The position numbers and the translations under genes are program-made. Positions 30,353 through 34,944 of a stretch of DNA of 34,944 bases are shown here, one piece after another. The stretch is from Acidobacteriota bacterium. GTDB lineage: Bacteria; Acidobacteriota; UBA4820; DSQY01. Position 1 is the stretch's first letter, and every line of letters starts with the position of its first letter. The stretch lies in the NCBI GenBank assembly GCA_021814085.1, contig JAKAJA010000001.1, positions 1 to 34,944 of the forward strand. Direction: 5' to 3'. The notes below the pieces were generated by a model. The model had not been told where the DNA came from and did no database searches. It saw only the letters and a list, made by a program, of their open reading frames with translations.

Positions 30353-32335
30353 CTAGGGTCTCGTCTCCTTGCTCTCCGGTTCTGGTTGAAAGCCCCACAG
30401 CCTGAGCACCTGGCCGCTGACCGCCGCTGCCTGGGCGGCCGTAGGGGGTAGTGCGGGGGCCTCGGCGGCCTTCCTAGCGGCCCGGCTGAGACGCCCCGTC
30501 TGCTGGATTACTGGCTGTTCTTGGCCGTTGGTGTCGCATCTTGTGATGGGGGGCAGGTAGAGCGAGAACCGGCTCTGGCGGAGCCGCTCCTTAAAGGCCT
30601 TTTCCACTGCCTTTCGCTTCCGGATAACCTCGGCCACGAGGGCCTTCTCCTCTTCGGTCTCGGCCATGGCTGGCAACGACTCCACGAGGGCGGCCTTGCA
30701 TAGAAACTGCCCCTTGCGGATCACGGTCACCGTCGCGGGATCATTGGGGTTGTAGAAGACCTCCACCGGGCACTCCAGCCCGAGCATGTTGTCGTGGTCG
30801 TAGGCGTTCCCGTGGACGGTGATTCTGCCGCCTTTCTGGATGATCCTGTTCACCTTGGGGAAGCACAGGAGGTCGAGGAGTGTCTCGTGCGGCATGACCG
30901 CCGGGCGCGCGTTCCGCATCCAGGCCTGGCTAGGCGTTAGGCCCTTGAGCCCGCGATGCTTGTGGTTGTGGTAGTGCTCCATGGCCAGCTCGAAAATGGC
31001 GCTGAACTCGTACCACATGAGCAGGGGAGGGCGCTCGTCTTCCGGTTTCCCTGCCTTTATCCATTTCTGGGTCTGAGCCACTTGAATGCTTGCAGTCTCT
31101 GGCCGGTTGGACGGCTTGTTGCCGATGTAGCCCGGCAGAAGGTTCAGGACGAACGAATAGACCGTTCGGAAACCACGCTCGATGACCTTGGACTGGCCGT
31201 GATAGGGCTGGCAGAAATGCACCTTCGTGCCGATCTCGCCGAAAAACCCCGCGCCTATGGTCTCCTCGCTCTGGTGGTAGACGAGGTGGGTTTCCCCGTT
31301 CAGATGCTTGGAGCGGTAGTCCCTCCCGTTGTCCATGAGCACGTGGTCTGGTCGGCCGCACCAAGGGAGGCCCTCTTTCTTGATGATCCCATCCCGCATG
31401 GCGCGGGCGATGCTCATGGAGTTGGGCCCGAAGTTCAGGTCGTACCCGACGAGGGCGCGGGAGCACCAGTCCATCCACCCGGTCAACCAGGGTCGCTGAA
31501 TGGTGTCGTCGGGGGCGACCACAAGGACATCTATTTGGTGGTGGTCTCCCACCCAGATCTCATTGCAGTGCTCGGGCGCAAGCCGCTGGACGTAGGCCTC
31601 GTGCCGGTCTCGGTAGGCCTTCGAGCCCTGTCGCGCATAGGTGGCGTACGCCGGGTTATCCTCAATCGCCGTGGCGATCCACCGCGCCAGGGTGGAGTAG
31701 GGCGGCGCCTGGGGGCCGAATTCGGCCCGAAGGGCGTGGTGGACCTGGATTTTCATCGGGCGCTCAGGCTGGAAGTAGAGCCGTTCGCAAAAGGCCGCGA
31801 CTTCGGGGGGGAAGTTGGTGGTGCCCTTGGTCCGACCGCTTCTATTAAGTAAGGATGGGGATGCCCCGTCGAACCGCTTCTTCCAGTTATAGAGGGTCTG
31901 CATGGTGACCTTGTGGGCCTTGGCGAATACCGTCCGCTCCGTGGTGCTGCCGAGCGCGAGCCACTCCTCCAGTAGGCGCTTGCGCCTATCGGCATCTCTG
32001 CGCTTCGGGGCCGGTGCGGCCATGTAGGAGGCCTGGCTGCCGGAGGGGGCCGGGGTGGGCAACGCCATTTGCGCCTGCACCAGCCCATCGATATGGCTGG
32101 CCAGCAGCACGTCTGACTGCTCCTTGCGATACGCCATCTGCGCATCGAGTTGCAGACATGAAACATGGACCTGCCATTTCTCCCCGTTCCGGCATGGGGC
32201 CTTCCGGGTGGCCGCGTATGTCCCTTTTGTGAGTTTCCTTGAGACGGCTTGGCGCGAGATGCCCTCTAAGGTTGCAGTTCGATCGAGGTCAAGCCAGCCT
32301 GCTTCGTCAAGTTGATTCGTCGTGGTGTCAGGCAT
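30353..32335 (-). CDS. MuA-like DDE transposase, 660 aa
   Basis: WVGDHH (first D), VLMDNGRDYRS (second D, about 71 aa later), PYHGQSKVIERGF (E, about 51 aa later). N-terminal HTH-like region. Confidence 0.9.
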   Translation of the reverse strand: MPDTTTNQLDEAGWLDLDRTATLEGISRQAVSRKLTKGTYAATRKAPCRNGEKWQVHVSCLQLDAQMAYRKEQSDVLLASHIDGLVQAQMALPTPAPSGSQASYMAAPAPKRRDADRRKRLLEEWLALGSTTERTVFAKAHKVTMQTLYNWKKRFDGASPSLLNRSGRTKGTTNFPPEVAAFCERLYFQPERPMKIQVHHALRAEFGPQAPPYSTLARWIATAIEDNPAYATYARQGSKAYRDRHEAYVQRLAPEHCNEIWVGDHHQIDVLVVAPDDTIQRPWLTGWMDWCSRALVGYDLNFGPNSMSIARAMRDGIIKKEGLPWCGRPDHVLMDNGRDYRSKHLNGETHLVYHQSEETIGAGFFGEIGTKVHFCQPYHGQSKVIERGFRTVYSFVLNLLPGYIGNKPSNRPETASIQVAQTQKWIKAGKPEDERPPLLMWYEFSAIFELAMEHYHNHKHRGLKGLTPSQAWMRNARPAVMPHETLLDLLCFPKVNRIIQKGGRITVHGNAYDHDNMLGLECPVEVFYNPNDPATVTVIRKGQFLCKAALVESLPAMAETEEEKALVAEVIRKRKAVEKAFKERLRQSRFSLYLPPITRCDTNGQEQPVIQQTGRLSRAARKAAEAPALPPTAAQAAAVSGQVLRLWGFQPEPESKETRP

Positions 32336-32400
32336 TTAGCGCCTCATTGGTGTGGTTGCAGTTCGATCGATCAGAAGTTGCAGTTAAAGTTGCAGTTCGG
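32270..32400. repeat. Four copies of GTTGCAGTT, two within an identical 17-mer GGTTGCAGTTCGATCGA (32270-32286 and 32354-32370)
   Basis: Read directly. Further copies lie at 32377-32385 and 32389-32397. The 17-mer is read in different frames in the transposase N-terminus and in the upstream 85-aa ORF. Confidence 0.85.
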
Positions 32401-32585
32401 AGGCCGTTTACACAAAGCAGACAAGCCGCCGATTTAAGGTCCTTTTTAATGAAGGTCAGCGTCGCTTCTCGCCCGAACGCTCCCGGCATGCAGACAATGC
32501 AGATCCCGTGGCTCAGGCCGCTCCGAACGAGCCGTACCAGGTCCACGCTCTGGATGCTGCCGCACCACGCGCAACAGGTGGTCAT
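32328..32585 (-). CDS. Cys-rich small protein, 85 aa
   Basis: CCAWCG...HGICIVC motif. ATGA overlap upstream and an 8-nt overlap with the transposase start. Confidence 0.55.
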   Translation of the reverse strand: MTTCCAWCGSIQSVDLVRLVRSGLSHGICIVCMPGAFGREATLTFIKKDLKSAACLLCVNGLRTATLTATSDRSNCNHTNEALNA

Positions 32586-33031
32586 GCCTCGTCCTCAAAG
32601 AGGGTGGGAGCGTCATGGGAAAGGATGGCCTTCTGGAACCCTGCGGCCTTCTCCAGCTCCGCCTGGATGGCGGTGAGGGCGGCCTCGGCGCTCTGGCGGC
32701 CGTGGTAGAAGCCGCAGACGGCCTTCATGGCGGCGGCCTGGCTTGCCTGATACTCGGCCAGCTCGGCCTCGCGCGCCGCCCTCACGCGGGGCAGGCGCAC
32801 CATCACAAACCCGAGCCGTGCGGCCAGGTGCTTGAGGATGCTGTAATCGCGGGTCTTTTCCATGAGGGGGATGAGATGCTTCGAATTGATCCGGGCCTCT
32901 TCATCGAGCGGGTTGCTCAAGCGGTAGAGCGTTCCCGGCTTGACCCCGAGCGCATCCGCCAGCTCCTCGATGCCCTCGCCGCCCCTGTACCGGCGGACCG
33001 TCGCCGCAACGACCTGGTCCAATGTCTTCAC
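32582..33031 (-). CDS. Early regulatory protein with N-terminal HTH (CII/CP76-like guess), 149 aa from a GTG
   Basis: IEELADALGVKPGTLYRLSNP helix-turn-helix. GGAGGGGG RBS. Confidence 0.55.
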   Translation of the reverse strand: MKTLDQVVAATVRRYRGGEGIEELADALGVKPGTLYRLSNPLDEEARINSKHLIPLMEKTRDYSILKHLAARLGFVMVRLPRVRAAREAELAEYQASQAAAMKAVCGFYHGRQSAEAALTAIQAELEKAAGFQKAILSHDAPTLFEDEA

Positions 33032-33194
33032 GGGTCCCCCTCCACTACCGTCCGAGATGTCGGACGTTGATTAACTCCCTGATTCCACTAATTGACTGAC
33101 GCCCCTCCAGGCCCTAGACTGAAAAGAGTGGGGCCCCCAGGAGCGACCCAGGGACCCCGTTGAGGAATGGAGGGGGAAGCATAGCGAGAGCACG

Positions 33195-33467
33195 TCACGC
33201 GGCCTTCTCCTGTGAAGGGAAGAGGACCTGCATTGGGATACCTGTAAGGTGGGCCAGCGCGGTCTCAATGCGCGCTGACCGCCAGTGCCCGTTGAGTACG
33301 GCCGACACGGCCTGCCGAGACACACCGACGCGTGTGGAGAAGGCGAAGATGGTACCGTGTGAGCCCTTGATGGCTGCCAGGCAAACCCTTCGCCGGAACT
33401 CCTTGATGGAGAGATCGGCGGGGATCATGACCGACAGCGCCGAGGCGGTCTTGTTAGAAGGGGCCAT
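33195..33467 (-). CDS. ner: Ner-like DNA-binding protein, 90 aa
   Basis: IFAFSTRVGVSRQAVSAVLNGHWRSARIETALAHLTGIPMQVLFP resembles the Ner/HTH_35 family. It is the first gene of the early operon, divergent from the repressor. Confidence 0.7.
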   Translation of the reverse strand: MAPSNKTASALSVMIPADLSIKEFRRRVCLAAIKGSHGTIFAFSTRVGVSRQAVSAVLNGHWRSARIETALAHLTGIPMQVLFPSQEKAA

Positions 33468-33470
33468 CAC

Positions 33471-33558
33471 GAACGCTCCTAATGAAGTTCGTCACCGGCT
33501 CTCGTGAGCCGTAGTGATATATTAGGTTCTGCCTAACTAATTGTCAAGGGGGTTATTA
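33471..33558. promoter_or_regulatory. Divergent immunity control region: early promoter (minus), repressor promoter (plus) and operator-like dyads
   Basis: Minus strand: TTGACA (33547-33542), 17 nt, TAATAT (33524-33519). Plus strand: extended -10 TGATATATT (33515-33523). Dyad TTAGG-ttctg-CCTAA (33522-33536) lies in the early promoter spacer. Further dyad ACGAAC-N12-GTTCGT (33469-33492). Confidence 0.6.
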
Positions 33559-34266
33559 GTGAAACCGGAACGACTTGATTTATTAAAGGAGTTTGGCGAG
33601 CGGCTTCAGCTCTTCCGGCTTTCGCTGGGGCAGACCATGCGGGAGTTCTCGGATGTCGCCGGGATCAGCGCCCCCTCTTTGGCGGCCGTGGAAGCCGGGA
33701 AGAACTTCCTCTCCACTGAATACATCGTCCAACTCTTTCAGGCCTATGGGCTCAGCCCCACCTGGCTATTGACGGGGTACGGCCCGCGGATCGTCCAGCC
33801 GATTATCAACGGCCAGGTCGCCGAGCTGGCCGGCGAGTACAATGCCGGGTACCCATTGATCAGGGTTCCAATTCTGAGCAGCTTTCTCTCCTTGGGTGAA
33901 CCGGTTCCGCAACCCAAAGAGCGCATCAAAGATTGGGCCCAGGTGATCAAGCCCTTGGTCCCCCATCCACGTCACACCTACGGGCTGCATGCACGCGGAG
34001 ACTCGATGCACCCTATCATTCAAGATGGATGGCTTGTTTTAGTTGACACGCACGAAGATGCTATCCGCCCTTATGAGCAGCAGAGCGGCAAGCCTGTTGC
34101 CGTACGCCTTGGAGAGGGGGTGAGCATCAAGTGGATGGATGCTGGAAAGTCTGATTGGATCATTCACGCAGAGAACCAGGCCAGTGGGTTTAAGCCCCTT
34201 CGAATCCCGCGCCAGGTGGACCCGCCGGTGGTAGGCCGTGTCATTTGGTGGTGCCCTTCTATATAA
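33559..34266 (+). CDS. CI/LexA-like repressor: XRE HTH plus S24 peptidase domain, 235 aa from a GTG
   Basis: QTMREFSDVAGISAPSLAAVEAG HTH. GDSMHP Ser motif and a downstream SIKW Lys. AAGGGGG RBS 6 nt before the GTG at 33559. Confidence 0.85.
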   Translation: MKPERLDLLKEFGERLQLFRLSLGQTMREFSDVAGISAPSLAAVEAGKNFLSTEYIVQLFQAYGLSPTWLLTGYGPRIVQPIINGQVAELAGEYNAGYPLIRVPILSSFLSLGEPVPQPKERIKDWAQVIKPLVPHPRHTYGLHARGDSMHPIIQDGWLVLVDTHEDAIRPYEQQSGKPVAVRLGEGVSIKWMDAGKSDWIIHAENQASGFKPLRIPRQVDPPVVGRVIWWCPSI

Positions 34267-34288
34267 TAGAAGGTGCGGGAGGCTTCTT

Positions 34289-34699
34289 ATGGGCGAGAAG
34301 AAGGGGCTCAACTTATTCACGAAGTGTTCAATCGCCTTCTTGTTAATTACCTTCCCAACCATAATGGCTATGACTATCTTTCATATGGGGCCATTTGCAG
34401 ATGAGGGAGACACTACCCCGCCGCCAAGCAAACAGGGCGCATTCTCCAGGCATGACGCAGATGAACTCGTCTCCCGTTTTAGATCAACGGGCCTTTTAAT
34501 TCGTGATGACGGCTCCAGATTTTGGGTATCTCTCCCGCACTGGTCCTACATGAATGCCCAACAGAAGGAACAATTCGCTGTTCTTTTGGACGCGTGGAGG
34601 CGCCATCATGGGCCCGCTACAGTCATTGAGATTCTCGATGCACAGAGCGGGCGTCGCCTGGCTATGTATGATTCATGGAATGGGTTCGTTGTAAATTAG
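34289..34699 (+). CDS. Low-GC membrane-anchored accessory protein, 136 aa, downstream of the repressor
   Basis: GGGAGG RBS. N-terminal TM (CSIAFLLITFPTIMAMTIF). Visibly lower GC than the rest of the element. Confidence 0.7.
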   Translation: MGEKKGLNLFTKCSIAFLLITFPTIMAMTIFHMGPFADEGDTTPPPSKQGAFSRHDADELVSRFRSTGLLIRDDGSRFWVSLPHWSYMNAQQKEQFAVLLDAWRRHHGPATVIEILDAQSGRRLAMYDSWNGFVVN

Positions 34700-34709
34700 G
34701 GGTGAAGAT

Positions 34710-34763
34710 ATTTAAAATGGGGTGAAAGGGGCGTGGCCTTTTCAAATTACAAATGAGAATACA
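34710..34763. repeat. Subterminal repeat cluster at the c-end (candidate inner transposase-binding sites)
   Basis: The reverse complement contains CCCATTTTAAAT (34710-34721) and TGTATTCTCATTTGTAATTTGAAAAGG (34737-34763). GGGGTGAA direct repeats lie at 34699-34706 and 34719-34726. Confidence 0.5.
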
Positions 34764-34885
34764 GATACTCGCCCTCCAGGTTACTGCCTCCAATTCTCAT
34801 TTAAACTTGGAATGTCTTTTTCCCCAATAAACCACGCCACCGCAGTATGTTGCGCATCTCCTTTACCCCTCCTCCCGCACTCTTT

Positions 34886-34917
34886 CATGTTCCAATCTTT
34901 CATGCGCCCTCACATCA
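34886..34917. repeat. Terminal inverted repeat, Mu left-end (c-end) equivalent
   Basis: The reverse complement, TGATGTGAGGGCGCATGAAAGATTGGAACATG, aligns with 7-38. Confidence 0.7.
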
Positions 34918-34944
34918 GCCGGGCGAGGGCCTCCTGGCAACCCG

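Larger units (their letters stand above)
7..34917 (-). mobile_element. Mu-like transposable siphophage, essentially complete; Mu c-end at the right of the window
   Basis: Imperfect terminal inverted repeats beginning TG and ending CA (7-38 vs 34886-34917). Divergent repressor/Ner-like pair, MuA-like DDE transposase plus MuB-like ATPase, Gam-like and GemA-like genes. Then a terminase-portal-MuF-protease/scaffold-capsid-tail operon on the minus strand. Confidence 0.85.

Noticed and set aside
1-34944. CRISPR array, integrase/att-type integration module, invertible G-segment-like region.
   Set aside because: No regularly spaced direct repeats exist; the only tandem repeats have 2-4 copies. No tyrosine/serine recombinase or invertase ORF is present. 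The fibre gene has no flanking inverted repeats.
1-34944. 5-bp target-site duplication flanking the element.
   Set aside because: The pentamers outside either plausible end pair (GGACC or CCTGC on the left; GCCGG or TCAGC on the right) do not match, so no duplication is claimed.

Overview
This window is almost entirely one complete Mu-like transposable siphophage (prophage or phage genome), about 34.9 kb, spanning roughly 7..34917. It is GC-rich by eye, and only about 6 nt (left) and 27 nt (right) of flank lie outside it.

Orientation is reversed relative to the Mu map. The immunity (c) end is on the right: a LexA/CI-like S24 repressor on the + strand, divergent from a Ner-like gene. Everything else is on the minus strand. 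Reading right to left:
- Early operon: MuA-like DDE transposase, MuB-like AAA+ ATPase, Gam-like, RlpA-like, HNH, GemA-like and other small genes, chained by ATGA/GTGA stop-start overlaps.
- An approximately 650-bp poorly coding, highly structured region.
- A short middle unit: 72-aa ORF, Rha-like regulator and BamE-like lipoprotein, ending in a strong terminator.
- One very tightly packed late operon: TerS, TerL, portal, MuF-like, protease/scaffold, HK97-type capsid, head-tail joining genes, tube, chaperones, tape measure and a giant fibre.

The element ends in imperfect TG.../...CA inverted repeats with subterminal repeated motifs.

Observations most worth follow-up:
1. The 1331-aa tail fibre ends in a complete Hedgehog/intein (Hint) autoprocessing module with a GG|CF junction and a terminal HN, but no +1 nucleophile.
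2. About 5.5 kb sits between the tail-terminator-like gene and the tube gene. It encodes four consecutive signal-peptide proteins with FN3/Ig-like motifs plus the lysis cassette.
3. One ORF fuses a holin-like N-terminus to a signal peptide and an outer-membrane beta-barrel-like domain.
4. A four-way-junction RNA fold with an alternative pairing partner at a ribosome-binding site lies in the middle-operon leader.
5. A tRNA-like structure overlaps the 3' end of the Gam-like gene.
6. Several exact DNA repeats look like cis-regulatory or transposition sites.

All family assignments come from motif recognition by eye. No database search was possible.
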